64,000 nucleotides of DNA, taken from positions 1 through 64,000 of the forward strand of contig JAPETS010000063.1 of NCBI GenBank assembly GCA_026023565.1, read 5' to 3'. A program made the position numbers and the translations under genes. Of the stretch, positions 36,599 through 50,953 are shown piece by piece; positions within the stretch are counted from its first letter, which is position 1, and each line of letters opens with the position of its first letter. Under the pieces are notes generated by a model, which saw only the letters and a program-made list of their open reading frames with translations, ran no database searches and was not told where the DNA came from. Source of the stretch: Cirrosporium novae-zelandiae (Eukaryota).

Positions 36599-39467
36599 TA
36601 TCTCAAAGAGGAAGTCATAACTATAAAGCATTCGATAAAAACTGCTGATGCGTTAGTGGGCTTTTAATGGTAATCCCATGTAGCTGCGCATTATCGTGCT
36701 AGCCTAGTTAGAAGCACAATTCCCTTGGATAAATAGAATAAAGACTCATGGGTTTGAACCTTTACAGATCTTTCACTCAGGAACCATCTGAATGTAGTTT
36801 TTTTTTACCAAGTTGCAATGGTGTTTTGGTCTTTAAGCTTTAGGCCTGACGGTGTGTTACCCTTGTACTTTAGGGGTAGACGCTCTTTATAGGTTAGTCA
36901 TGACAGTCAGAGATTAGTAGGGAGATATCGGGTGTGTGTGTGCGAATTAGTTAAGTTGATGGGGTAAAGAGGTAGATATGAATAGGTAGAGCTTTAATGC
37001 CAGTAAGTTGGCTTATGAGTCTGCCTGTGAGGTTTTCCGTTTGGCTCGTAAGATGCCTGCTGTACCTATGTACTTGTATGTATGAACGAAGTACTGGCAG
37101 GCACTTAAGCGTTGCAACGTGACCTTTCTAGGGCTGTGGCATGTACTAAACACTTGTACCATTGTATCTCCAGCTGGAAATTAAGACATGAGACATGATT
37201 CCGACAACCCAGTTACCTTGCGGCCATGAACTGATACCACTGGCCCGGTATAGAATATATTTGTTTCAAAGGTTCAGTAGCAGATGCTTCGTGGGTAGAA
37301 GCCGAGAGAACCCATAAAACCGAGACAGTTCGGTTCCTGTTATCCATGAGGTTGGGGTTTGCTTACCCTTCTCAGGTCAAGTGTTAGAAATTCCTTGAGG
37401 AACCTGTGCTTCCTGGGATACTTGCGAAATTATTATACGCCTAGCATATAGCTCCCTCGACGACATGCGAAAGAATTCAAAGCCGTCGGGAATAATAGAG
37501 CATGTACTTCGCATCCCCCCCCCCCCCCAAAAAAAAGACCAAATCAGACGATGGGTTTGCGGTTAATGGAGTTCGCAAAAGCTCCATAGGATAATTTCAA
37601 CTCCTGAATACTGGTAACACACCTTTCTGAACTTGAACTGATAAATCTTGTGTATTGCTTCAATATTGTCAATATATTACGGTATTTAGTCAAGGAGGAT
37701 GTACTGTTAAGATGCAGCATGATGGGTTTCGGCCAGAAAGGTTAGGGGAAATGGATGTATGGCAAGGGACTTTCAATGACTAAAGCATTGACCAAGGCTA
37801 TGTGCTTCGGCAGATACATACCATGTAGCCGATACCCACATTATTCATCCGAACTGTGGTTTAGACCTTTTCCCGTAATCGGCATATGGGTCCTATGATG
37901 GCTAGAAGCGTACAACTTATCTCGGTTAGAGAGTGTGGGGTATCAAAGAACCTATCAAATTCAGGTCATTCCTAAAATTCCCTTGCGCATGAAAGGAGTA
38001 ATGGGACATTTGCGAAAGCTTCGATTATTTCATGATACCTTGTTGGTACATCAAACTGCAAAAAAATGAATCCATGTCAGCTATTTCCTTAGATCGAGGG
38101 CGGTGAAGCTGATTCCACAGTATTCTTCAGTTACACAGCCGTTATAATGATCAGCTCTAATGCCCCTAGCAGTCTCCACTGATGATAGGAGCAGCCCACA
38201 GCCTGATCTAGGGAATTCCCGTAAGTTATTCTCCTGATTATAAAACTTTCGAAGAAAAATCGCATGCAAGATCACTTGCTAGGCGAGCCATAGCATTTGT
38301 GGCAGCTTCCTTCTCCACTATACCACCATATGAGCCCATGAGAGCCTTCGATGATGGGGAGTGGTTCTTTGATATTTTGTATTAAGCCCTTGAACAACCA
38401 AAACTGTGGACATGATTGGGTTCATAAGATACTTAAGCTTTTTGACATCCTGGGGCCAGTTTGATAGGCTACACGGTGGAAAGCGATGGTGGAAGATTAT
38501 CTTTGTCGTTCGTAGTCTTGGATTTGGACGCCGGGATTGTGATGGCAATGGGTGCTGATTAGGGTGGGTCAAGTCATGGCTGACTAAATCAAAATCTTGG
38601 TCGATCACAATTCCTGAAATAGTATATTCTTCCCTTCAGTAACTCTGAGGTGTGGTGGTAGGTGGTCGCAGGTCTCGTAAATCTCGTGAATACTTGGTAC
38701 CATCAAGTTTTAGAGATGAAGCTCAATCATTGGTTTTCAGTTCAGTTACATCGCTCATAGGTCTGGATTCTCTTTCATATATATCAATCAATGTAGCGAC
38801 TCGTGCTTCTCTTGTAAATCGTAGTCGGAAATTCGTGCTCGAGATGGAACAGATCGGCTATCGTTCGATGGAAGGAGGCAGGTGACGAGAGATGAATGAA
38901 GCTTAGCTGGTTGCAAATGTCACAGCTCTCATCATGGGTTTTAATGTGCTCATCTCATCATTTATTTTTCTTGCTATATAAGAAGAATTGTCATGTTAGT
39001 GGGCCGTTTAGATTGATAGGGAGCAAAGATTAGAAAGACGGAACTTACTTGACTCTACATATGTAACCTCTAGTCGGAGCTTTTCGGCGGTTGATTTCCC
39101 GAAAGGCTGTTACGGGAAGATATGCCGCGAAGATCTGCGACGTTATCTTTCACTATAGATTTCTTAGATGGAAAAAAGAGAAAAAGTGACTCATCTTCAG
39201 CTTGTGATTGAGAAGTATACAGTATGCCGTCCTATATACGCGTACTGTGTAGAATAGGCCAACTCCGATTTATCAGATATGGTGCGCAAGGCTTATCGTA
39301 AAACAATTAATTTAATTCAATATCTAAACGAGATAGAAGTAGAGAAATTTTGTTATTGTTAAGAACGAATTTTTTGCTAATATTTACACGCCAAATGTCA
39401 CTTACCTTTTTGTGTTCCTTTTCTCAATAATACCATAATGAAGTTGAAGTTGAGTAAGTGGTGGAAA

Positions 39468-42400
39468 TCATACTGATTTCAATGTTGGATCCATGCCTTC
39501 CCACACCATAGCTACCAGCCCTTCGACCTGGCGCCCGCCTTCCAAGAGCCCCATGAACGGTACATCCGCTTTTAGTTCCCGCCATGACCAGCTGCGCAGC
39601 TCGGCGCTGATCATACTATCCATACCAAACTCTGATAGCGGCCTCGACAACGAGGCCGCCAATTTTTCTACCGGCACCAACACTAGTTTGGAAAATTTCT
39701 GTAGTACTAGGTCACGTACTGCATCTTTAATTCCCTCTTTACCTGCTCGTTGCGCTCCTGCCGCTAGTACAGCAGACGTCTGTGATGCTGCCGTGGCAGA
39801 AACTTGCACGTCATCGTTGAAACCATCCATTGCCCCAATTACGCCGCGAAGGCGGTTGTCTTCGAGCCATTGAGACTTTCCGCCGACTTTGGGGAAAGAA
39901 ACTCGTCCGGGGTCTAAGCCTGCCACGAGATGTGATCGTGCGCAGTCGTCCCAACCCCATGTAGAGGGTCCAAAGTCTCGGCTTTGGCAAGCAAGTTCCA
40001 TCATTCGTAGGAATTCATCTTCGTCAATAGGATACATGCCATTCCGTCTCAAGGCGTCCGCGACATCTGGATGTGCTTCGACATGTCCAACTTCCATAAC
40101 CATACCAAGTGCGATGCACGTTGCTTGGAGTCCGAGGCTGTATCGATGTCGTGCCATGTGATCTAGAAAGGCGTTTGCCGCTGCGTAATTAGTTTGCGTT
40201 GAGGGACCAATCGCACCAAGCATAGAACTGGTCATAACGAAAAAGTCGAGCGGTTCATGCAATAGAGCTTTATGGAGATTGAGAGTTCCTTTGACCTTAG
40301 GGTTAGTTACGGCTTCGAAAGTTTGCAATGACATGTCATCGAATAGAGCATCCTATTACAAGGTTAGCGACTGTGATACTGATAATTTGAGTCAACATGT
40401 ATACACACCTCTAAATGCATGGCTGCTTGAATAACACCTCTGATTGGAGATTTGGCAATTGCAATCGCTCTGTCGACATCTTCAGGGACCGAAACGTCTC
40501 CACGTATTACCTCAACTGACATGCCTTCACCGAAGCTTTGCAACTTTTGCACAAAGGTGGCTGCCTCTGGCTTGTCGGTACCTGAACGAGCGAGGAAAAC
40601 GAAATTTCTAGCACCGCGACTCGCCATCCACAATCTGGGTCGTTAGCATATCCTTGTATACTTAAGGCAAGGACAGGACTTACGCGATACTACGTCCCAA
40701 GCCTCCAAGACAACCAATCATTAGATATGTGGCAGTAGGGCTGAACGCCAATGGTTTATGTGTAGTTTGGACCTGACGAGTAAGGGATTAGATGATGTAA
40801 GCTTATTTTACTGGATGGGCGTGCTTACGGGAACAATGCTTTGTGGACTGCATGTCAGTACGACTTTAGTGAACGCGTTGCCACGAGTAGCAGCTCCAAC
40901 CGCATTGGGGAGTTCTGAAATGTCAAACGTATCAACCGGACTAGATATTTGTATTTTACCATCTCTGTAATTATTCAGGACCTGGTGCATGAGTCTGAAT
41001 GCCCGATTGTTAGTTTATAGGAATTCTCATGTCAATTGAGATCATGGCATACCTTGAAGCTGTCTCGGGTTTGGTGCTAATCATCTCAGCAAAATCAAAA
41101 GAGGCGAAACTCGCACCCTTTCTGAAAATTGATACATCAAAGTGTCCCAAGTCTGGCACATCATCTCCTACAAATATGAACCTACCGTTTCTAGCCAGAC
41201 ACGTCCAAACATCCTGGAGAGCAGGGGCACCTGAAGCTGCAAGGACTATATCAACGCCTTTCCCTTCGGTGGCGGCTAAAACGTCATTGGAAAGGCCGGC
41301 AGAGTTTGCGGGCAATATACAGTTCTCTGGGATATTGAAAGTATTGTGAAGGTGTTCCTTCTCCTCATCAGAACCGGCGGTTATAAGAGTCTGGGATCAT
41401 TAGTGAAGACTCTAGTAAGAGCTTCGAAATAAAAGCAAACCTTGCAGCCAAAGATCCGAGCAAAAGTTACAGTAGCAGCATATATAGGTCCAGCACCGGT
41501 ATGAATCAAGACAGTCTAATATTATCAGCTTGAAAGAAATTTGTGGAGAGAATAATCCCTGATTGCTACCATACCTCTCCCTGACTCGCGCGGCCTAGAT
41601 CTTGCAACGCATACAATGCTGTGCAGAACGGAACCAGAAGTCCTACTATTTTCGTAGTATCTTCGTCTTCTCGAAGCAGCTCACATGCATACTCAGAGGC
41701 CACAAAAGAGCTGTCAAATTTTCCAGATGTCAAACAAATGACACGGTCACCAACCTTAACCTTAGTAACATCTGGGCCGATTGTGACGACAGTAGCTACA
41801 GCCTCGTGGCTAAAGGATTCGGCATCATGTTGACCTTTTAAGACCAACGCTTCCTGAAAAGACCTGCAATCAGTATTGTACCGCTCGAACTTCTTAGGCA
41901 ATACATACTGATTTACGTAAATTATATGCCTGAGGCTCCACAATGATCTGTCCGGTTTTGAGAGACGTATCGGAAGAAAGGTTCTGTTTGAAGTAAAAGC
42001 TATCCAGACGTCCAACTTGGAGAAAATCAAGCGACAGCTCTGGTTTAAAACTCTGCTTCTCTGGTATAGGCTTAAACTGCCGGCGGAAGTTGGTATTTTC
42101 TATATCATCAGTAATATAACGGCTGATGTACACCATACCATTTTTTTCAATTAACGCGGTATCAAGACTATGCTCTGAATCCTTTTGCCAGGCCAGTTCA
42201 TGCTGTAAGATTAAGTTGGCGGTGCGAACGTGGTCAGTTCCATCTGGATCAATATCGATGGTGGATAATCGGAAAGATGGCTGTTCTGTCACAATGGACT
42301 TGGCCATACCGAGGACAAGTGACTGTTCTGGATCTTTCCCGGTTAAGAGCCCCCCGCGTGTTACCCAAATTGCGGAGGAGACTGTCTTAATGAGCGCTTT

Positions 42401-45400
42401 AAGTGTTGTCATCTGCTCATCCTTCATCCTGGACAAGATTGGACCCTCCAGTTCGGCTAGCATTACGGCGCGTGAGTCTTTTGGTATTTTTTCTGAGGCA
42501 GCGAGGAGGGGAACGCTATGGACTTCAATCCCAGAATCTTGAGCAAGTTTCTCTATTTCTTTGACCACGGGATGCGGTTCGTTATAATATATCTAGGATA
42601 GTCAACAGTCTCCAACGTAGCAATGCGTTAAGATTTTACGTACCAACCAGAGAGGGGATTTTGGTAATTGGTCTGGGCTATTATCTCCATTCATTGTTGG
42701 GTTTGATGCTTGTACTGTGGAAACAATGACACTGGTAGAGCTAGCAGAGCCGTCGTAATCATCCAAGACAATATCATTACCGGAGAAGCCAGCCTGAATA
42801 AAACGATCGTTCCAGGCAGATTGCGAGATGAATGGTGTTGAATTGCGGCCATCCTTTTCACCTAGCCAGTATCCGGGGAGCGGTCCCTAAAAATAATCAG
42901 CCAAAGTTCTAAGCTGGCTCATAAAAAGCATTACCAGCATAAATCCTAAGGTAAGAAGATCTATAATATCGTTAATAAGCCGAATGGAGGAACTCCTGGG
43001 ATTATCTGACCTCTTGTGGTTTCAACAAGTATCATTTTCCCACCCTCTTTAAGCAAAGCCTTGCAATGCTGCAGGGAGGCGGTAATATTTTCTGTGGCAT
43101 GAATCACCTACAACTTATTAGATATGCTTCTCACGATGCGAATGTACTAACATTTGAAGCTAAAATTAGATCGAATGAATTCGCTTCAAACCCCTGGCCC
43201 ATAGGGTCATGCTCAATATTTAGAGCACGGTATTCAATGTTCTTGAAATCCTGAAACTTCTCTTGAGCAGTGCCTAGGAATGCTGTAGTCACGTCGGTAA
43301 AAGTGTACTGGGAATATTGTGGTGTTAATGAGTTTCCACCGAGTGCCTGCAGCATTGGTCTGGTAGCACCGCCGGTTCCAGCACCAACCTCAAGAACCTT
43401 GAGACAAGGCTCCTTATGTGCTAGAAGTTTCACAACATTGATAAGCTGTGGGTATGCTGCTTTGAAAGTAAATCCGTGCTCATAGAGATAATTCAGCAGC
43501 CCATCTTCAAACATTACATCCAATGCCCCAACTTTTCCACCTAGAATATCTGAGATTCGTTCACTCAGTCTAACGGTCATTCGTGCCTCGGGAACCTCAG
43601 CGGCCAGGCTTGATAGAAGCTCCTGGATACGCTCTTTGCGAAGGGTTTCTGATAGCTTCCCGGATTCTGTCTCGGTCAGTTTTTCTCCCTCAGATTGGAG
43701 CCACTTGGCAAATTTTTGCATGTGCGGAGGTTGGGCTTCCATATCAATGTCTTTTGGGACCCTGGGAAGGCTGTCTAATACGCAGAGCGCTGAGATTTCT
43801 TCCAGTTGCTTCAACAAAGTATTCCACTTTGGATCGCTGACCCCGTTGGGAAATAGTTTTCTAATAGGTGAGCCTTTCAATCTATCTATATCGGGCTTCC
43901 AGATGAGGCGGGTATATGGCTGGCGAGGTTTCTCGTTAGCTTGCTTAGAGAACCCACCCTCAAGGGAATAAAAGGTTCCTTTGGTCTCGACCAGAAGTTG
44001 TCCTTCATCATTGAACATTTCGGATGTGGCATGGGCTGACCGTAGACCGTGACGAGTCCCATGTCCCTGGATCAATCCATATTCAGGCAGTGGGGGTGAG
44101 TTGGGGCCCCGCCAAATGGTTAGGTTTTCTATCACTGTAGGAAGATACGCTTTGACAATGTTCTTCACGTTTCCCCACGCTCCCATGACAGAGAGCTGGA
44201 GGCAACCATCCAATGATGACGGATGAATTATATAACGTGATTCTCCCGACATTATGTCTTTTGTTGAGTGTAAAGCTATCCTTGCAGTGGCTTCATCGCG
44301 CTCTTCGATAGTATTTATATTAGAGACTGTTTGGAAGCTTGGTCCATACTCGAGGCCAATATTAGACAAGGCGGAGAACCATTGACGATCACTCTTCTCA
44401 TTTCCATGTGCACTACACTCTTTAAGGAGCGCTATATTGGAATTATTCTTCCCTAAATTGAAAAGGTTAGAAAACATAAATGACTAGTGGGAGATTATTT
44501 GTATACCGATGTTAGTTAAATGCACGGCAATTCTGCCAGCTGCATGTTCTGTCCACTTGTTATCCGGAGTGACAGAGCTGACTTTGAAGTCAAACCACCT
44601 TGTTGCCTCTTTAGAGTTTATGCCGTCAAGCACCAGTAAGTTGAATAGGGTCTCTACTTCCCCTTCTATCGGCAATACTAGAGGAGAGGTTATATGGAGT
44701 CCTTGGAGTGCGTATCCCTCTGGGATGGTTCCTCTGTCTTCTGCAACTTGGGTCACAGCCTCAATTGCCATGGCCATATAACCAGCAGCGGGAAATAAAA
44801 TATCGTCTCCCACCTGATCAAGCCTTGTGTTTCAGTAAATCGCCATTGCACTTGGAAAAGTTACGAACCTTGTGATCATGAAGCCATGGTACATTCTTTA
44901 ATTGCAAAATGTTACGCCACAGCGGGCTACAAAGTGAACTACCTGGATCACGGCTTCCAAGTATATCGTGGCGACAGTGCTTTCGGAAACGGATCTCGCG
45001 ACTAAGGCGCTTCTCCTTCCACGGGATGCTTTCATAGTTCCATTGGTAGGATGGCAGTTCAACCAGGTGAGATCCTGTTTTGTAAATAATTTCCTCCGAG
45101 GACCACGAAACGGTTGATTCAATGGAATTGATACGTTCTATGTTAATGGGATACCCACGGAGGAATAAAGATCCAGCTGTCTTTAACACGTTTTCGCCCC
45201 CATCTTGGCCTCTTATCAATGTTGGAATATAGTTTAGTCGTTCAGCATCAAATTCTAAGACTGATCTAATCTGTCTGATTGGACCAGCAAGGGCGGAGTG
45301 AGGCCCTATCTCAATTAAGTTATTCACGGTTGGATGAGCAGTAACTAGACTTTGCAAAGCCTCGTCAAAAAGTACCGGAGACTCGACGTTCTTGCGCCAA

Positions 45401-48302
45401 TACTCGATTCCAACGTCATTCTGGTTGCTAAGCACCTTTCCAGTGATGCAAGAAAACATTGGTACTTCGGACCTTCTAGGAGCATTGAGCAATGATGGAA
45501 GTGATGACTCGAAACATTCTTGATAGTATTTTCCGGCATCTCTTACAAGGTGCGAATGATAGGCATTTCCGAATGTCTTAAGTTTTCGAGCAAATATGCC
45601 ATCTTTTACCAAGGCTGCATTTATTTCATCAATTGCAGATTCTCCTCCACTAAGGGTGACACTAAAGGGAGAATTGTGGCAGGCGACAACCACATCTGGC
45701 TGGTTTTCGACATATGGCTGCACTTTGATGACACCAAGGCCAACTGCCATCATTGCACCGGGATGATGGCATTGAGTAACCGCAATACCACGATAATATG
45801 CCACTGAAATAGCTTCTGCGGCAGTCAAAAGTCCAGCAGCGAAGGACGCAGCGACCTCGCCTTTTTAGAATAGCTGTTAATACTAAAGGAGATAAGTAGA
45901 GATTAAAATAGAGCTCACCAGAAGAATGGCCAACGACCGCGGCTGGGTGAACCCCCCATGACCTTAGAAGCACTGTAACGGCAATTTGCACGGCGGTGCA
46001 AAGGGGCTGAGATAAAGCGGCATCTTGAACTCTGCTTGTCTTTGCTGGTTCTGCCAGAAGACCTAAAATGACATATGTGTCAATGTTCTACTACCGCGTA
46101 GGATTCTATTCACTGTGAATATCGTACCTATAAGAGTCCATTCTGGAGGTGGAGAGAGCATATCTAACACATCCTGAAGCTGATCAAATGTTTGGCGGAC
46201 AGAAGGATATTGCTGAATAAGGGAATATCCCATTTGTGGCCACTGGGCACCCTGGCCTGTAACCTTTAATATCAGCCTTCAAATTTCGCAAGAGATATTT
46301 CCAAGGCAGGTTTCGTAGTGAAAGTCAAACCATGCATGACAGCAGACCCCTTTGAAAGAATGAAACGTCGCATGAATAGATATAATTATAGAAAAGGGCA
46401 TCGATCCGAATTTTTAATTCTAGAATGGATTTCCTCATAGCATGCTGAAAAAATATCCGAGTAATGAAATTTAATTTGATATAGCTCAAATTTATCGCTT
46501 GACTTACCGGTGAATACAAAAGCCAGCACTGGCTCAGCTGAAGGCTGAGAGCCGTAAGTCACGTTGCTTTCTTGTAGCTGTGAAGCAATGTCGCTTCCCA
46601 TCGAAACACTAAAAGCACGATTATAGAGCTTGCTACGCCGAACACCCAAAGTATAGGCAATATCCAAAGCATCATACTTATGAGCAGACTTGGCTACTGC
46701 TTGAATGTTCCGATTTAGGGTAGGCTGGTCATGGGCAGAGAAAGCAAGCAGATATTTCTTTTCCTCCAAGGATTTGACTTGGATGTGCCCATTGGTCAGA
46801 GCCTCTCCTGTTTGCGATTGTTTCAAAGAAGTCTGGATTTTGAACCAGGTACCTCTGTTTTCAAGGAAGAGATCTGGTGCATCTATTATAATATGCGCAT
46901 TCGCTCCCCCATAGCCAAAGGAATTGACACCTCCACGGCGAGATTTGAAGAGCTCCGGCCAAGGAGTATTTGCGCGAACGACCTTAAGCCTACCGTCTCT
47001 GAAGTCGATATTGGGATTCAGTTTTTTTATACCGACAGTTGCTGGAATGCATTTGTGCTCGAGACCAAGAACGACTTTCATAACACTAGCCAGTCCACTA
47101 GCACCCTCAGTGTGTCCTAAATTTGTCTTGATAGATCCTATTAACAGTGGATTTTCTTCGCTTCTCCCTGAAGCAAATACGTTGCCAACAGCTGTTACTT
47201 CTATAGGATCTCCCACTGGCGTACCAGTGCCATGGCATTCGACGTATCCAGTCTGGCTAAAGTCCAACCCAGCCTTCCTATAAGCATCTCTGATTACAGT
47301 CTCTTGATCCGTTGAGCTAGGATGATTGATACCTGGGCTCTTTCCGTTTCTGCAATATCAATTAGTCCTTGTATTCTCAAAGGAAGTTGCTGATATTCTT
47401 CGTGTCTTACGCGTTAACGGCAGTCGACCTAATTATTGCACGAATAGGGTTCTTGTCAGCAATAGCAGCAGATAACTTCTTCACGTAAAGAGCAGCTATG
47501 CCCTCTCCTCTACCAAACCCATCGGCGCTCTCGTCAAAGGTATGGCATGTGGAAGTTGGGGATAATATGCCCAGTCTGACACTGTCAATGTGTTGTTCTA
47601 TTCCTAAGATGATGTTGGTCCCTCCAACAACTGCAGCCGTACAGTCTCCTGCAATTATACTTTGACATGCTAAATGAAGAGCATAAAGCGAGCTGGAACA
47701 AGCAGTATCGAGTGTCAGACTCGGCCCTTTCAGGTTAAATACGTAGTTAATACGATTGCTGAGGATCGTCATATCACTCCCAGTCATTTGATATGGGATA
47801 CCATACTCGGGATCTTTTGCGTTCATCTGAGAAAAGTCCCTTGTAAAGCAACCTACATAGCATGCGGTTTTAGATCCTGACAGATCTGCAAGTGTTGTAC
47901 CAGAAGACTCAAAGCTTTCATATACTACTTCCAGAAATTTTCTTTGTTGGGGATCCATACTAGCCGCCTCCAGCGGGTTTATCCCGAAAAACGAGGGATC
48001 AAATTCGCGGTAGCTCTCATCATGGCTCAGAAAATATCCACCTCGCGTTGGAATACTTCCAGGTCGCGAGCTATCTGGGTGGTACCATGCTTCCATATTA
48101 AATCGATTCTTTGGAATCTCTGACTGTGCTGACCGCCCTTCTTCAAGTAATTGCCATAACTTGGAGGGTGAAGAAGCGTCTCCTGGGAATCTGCAACCTT
48201 GAATGCTGTCAATTATGGTCCACTTGAATAGAATTTAGAGATGGTTTCACCCATTCCCACAATCGCAATTGGCTCAGGGGCCCCTCCATAATGGCCGTCC
48301 AT
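39468..48302 (-). CDS. Highly reducing iterative type I PKS, KS-AT-DH-cMT-ER(degenerate)-KR-ACP; 19 exons
   Basis: [76 protein letters not shown]; c[43 protein letters not shown]. 18 GT-AG introns traced by hand give a continuous frame, including a 26-nt micro-exon at about 42936-42961. Confidence 0.96.
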
Positions 48303-49320
48303 TGCTTTTGGTTTTTTATTAATATATGCAATTAAGATATAAAAAGAGAGTTTGATATGAAATATTCCCCTGCTTCATCCCATCAGACTCAATGTAGAGT
48401 CTCGGTTCTGATGGACGGGGTTTCCAGTCGAATTTGTGAATTCTAGAGGTATTACAGACGGACAGAGCAGGATAAGGAATAAAATCTGGAGATGCAGTTC
48501 CATCTTCCGGGAGAGACATCGCAATCGCGAGAATGAGGTGATAGCATTCGTGGCACTGCTATCCCCTTTGCATCATGCATATGCGCACACTTTGAACAGG
48601 CGACCACAGCTAGCTCTTAGACCGCATAATATCTTAATGTCACAGCGCCTAAACTATATCCTCAATTGTCATGTGCATATGTAGGCTTTCCTTGTCTCTA
48701 GCAACACTTTCCGGAGAATGAACTAGACGTGCTGAGTGGCGAAGCTAGGGAGGTTATGGTGAATGCTTGGTCAATTGCAGCACTAACTGTCTGGAAAACA
48801 AATAGATGGGGATAGTGCATTACTTACAGTATCTGAGGCATCTTCAATGAGTCTGATTGCATTACCCAGCTGTCCCACAGGACCAGGAATAGTCTTAGTT
48901 TATTCACTATCGGACATGGTTGAGTTTCAAAAGACAACTCATCATCCGCAGCTAGTTTTCGCATGTGGCACATAAACTACCGAGATTCAAACTTCACCTC
49001 GAATATTCTGTACTTAGTATATCAATTAACTCTGATCAACGCTACCCGCTACGGTCAGCCAAAAAAAGGAGCATCTCCTGGGGATGGCAGGTCGGTGTTA
49101 AAGAAATTCCAACATTCAGGTGCTGTCGATCAGCCCACACTAGGGAAATTGAGTTTTCTTCTTCCTACGAAGCATGGAGATGTTCTTTTGGTCACCCAAT
49201 AATGGATGTAGATCAGAGTTGCCTCTGAGTAAATGAATTGGTTGTATGGTAGGATTATTATAGCGTCTATGGATTGTCCAGCTCAGAGGTTGAGCTCATT
49301 CTCGTTGAAAGTGGAGTTGC

Positions 49321-49712
49321 TCATTCTAGTAAGCAAATCCGTGCTCGGACGGGTCGTTCATGAATATCCAATGCATCATGTACGGTATAAGGCCGTCGGG
49401 CTATCATAAAAAGGTGGGGATCGTTGGCCGACGGCCGTGATACGTCTGGAATGATTGGTGTAGAATGGTTCAGAGGGAATCGATAATGGTGGGTGTCTGG
49501 ATCGAGATGGAAAATCCCTAACAACTACAAATGATTATTGGGCAGCCACTATCAACGTTGATTCGAGAAATGTTTTCAATAAAATAACACCAGCGGCACA
49601 GCACTGCACCTAAAAATAATATATCACGATTGGAGAAATTTAGTAGGATTTCGTATTGAATTTGAAGTGTTATTGGGGGGGAAAGATGAAAGGTCGCATC
49701 ATTGCCAGCCAT
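49321..49712 (-). pseudogene. Possible F-box protein relic
   Basis: FHLSPPITLQIQYEILLNFSNRDILFLGAVLCRW resembles the F-box pattern L..LP.EI..EIL..L...DLL....VCR.W; followed by a stop and frame change. Confidence 0.35.
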
Positions 49713-50240
49713 GCGGAGGAAGGTGTGGAAGTTGTAGAAAGTGTGGAACTTTTAATTAACTGATAATCTTTTTTGAAAAGACTTGAATTCTAGACTTTTT
49801 GTATTTTTGATTTTTGAATATCCTCCTATCGGAACCTTGCCTAGTTACCAAGTGCTTATTAGTCTCCGCAGCTTCCGATACTAAATGACGCCTGCTTTTG
49901 TTGAAAATAGAGGATTAAGATGATCTCACTTTGGTAAATATTTAAGCGCGGACAATTGTCAATTGAAAGGAGGATTTTCTATAATGGGGTAGGGGTGGGT
50001 GGTGTGTTGTTTGTGATGATTATATTGGATGTGTTTGATTTGGCCATTGATGGTGTTTGGGCGTTGAAGATCTACGTAAAGGAAGGAATTAAGAAAGTCG
50101 ATGGAAGATGAGGAGTGGTGGGAGTTGGTGGGAAGTGGAAGAAGGGAAAAGCCGAGACAACCTAAGGGGTCACCTGGCGGGCACTAATTCGGCCGCTAGT
50201 TGGGGTGGCATTGATGAATGTGTGAGTGCACGTTGTTGAA

Positions 50241-50356
50241 ATAAAGCCCGACAAATCCACCAGAATCCACCGAATGCACCAAAACCCAACCAAATTCTCC
50301 CAAATCCCGCCAGAACCCACTAAAACCAACCAGAATCCCTCCAAATCCCATCAAGT
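50241..50356 (+). repeat. Degenerate ~10-bp periodic array (consensus about CCAGAATCCA), about 11 units
   Basis: ACAAATCCAC CAGAATCCAC CGAATGCACC AAAACCCAAC CAAATTCTCC CAAATCCCGC CAGAACCCAC TAAAACCAAC CAGAATCCCT CCAAATCCCA. Confidence 0.7.
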
Positions 50357-50953
50357 TATTCCTCGTGTCCACCAGCTTGGAAAAGACTACGTACCGAGGG
50401 ACCCAGAAAATACCCTAACGCGGGGCTTTGACCACAGCTATTATGGATATGCCTGTAACCAACACCCGCTAACCCCATAACCAGGAAAGTGTCCCAGTCT
50501 CTAGGGACATCAGATACGGGCAAAAGTACCCGGAAAATAATCGGACTGCTGGATAGCGTATTCTTTACATGGATACCTTTTCGTTATTATCTTTCCTCTG
50601 CTACATGCAGGCCCATCAAGGCCATGTGCATGTGTTTCGTGCTTCATGCACCTCAGTATCAAGTTATGTTCTGCTCCGTTCTACACATACGACATTGTCT
50701 GGCAACACTGAAATCTTGGTACTTGCTTTACGATGGCTTCGTTTCCTCATTTCCGCAATCTGGAAAGAGGCGTCCATCGCTCCACCTGTAAACGTATCAT
50801 GGACATTTCGGACATTCCAAAGCCTATCCATCACCGCATGTTAACATGGCTAGAAATTCTAGCTTTACATTGCGCCCCCTTCTCATACCAGGAATCTAAT
50901 AATTCGATATCACTTAATTCTCAACCCATTTTTTATTGAAGCTGCTCTCAAAA

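Noticed and set aside
38081..38885. Semi-open minus-strand frame between FMO and PKS (hoped-for hydrolase, TF or trans-ER)
   Set aside because: Interrupted by stops; no Zn2Cys6, hydrolase or MDR motifs recognisable.
39493..47880. Plus-strand ORFs overlapping the PKS (and similar antisense ORFs in other genes)
   Set aside because: Antisense shadows of real coding exons.
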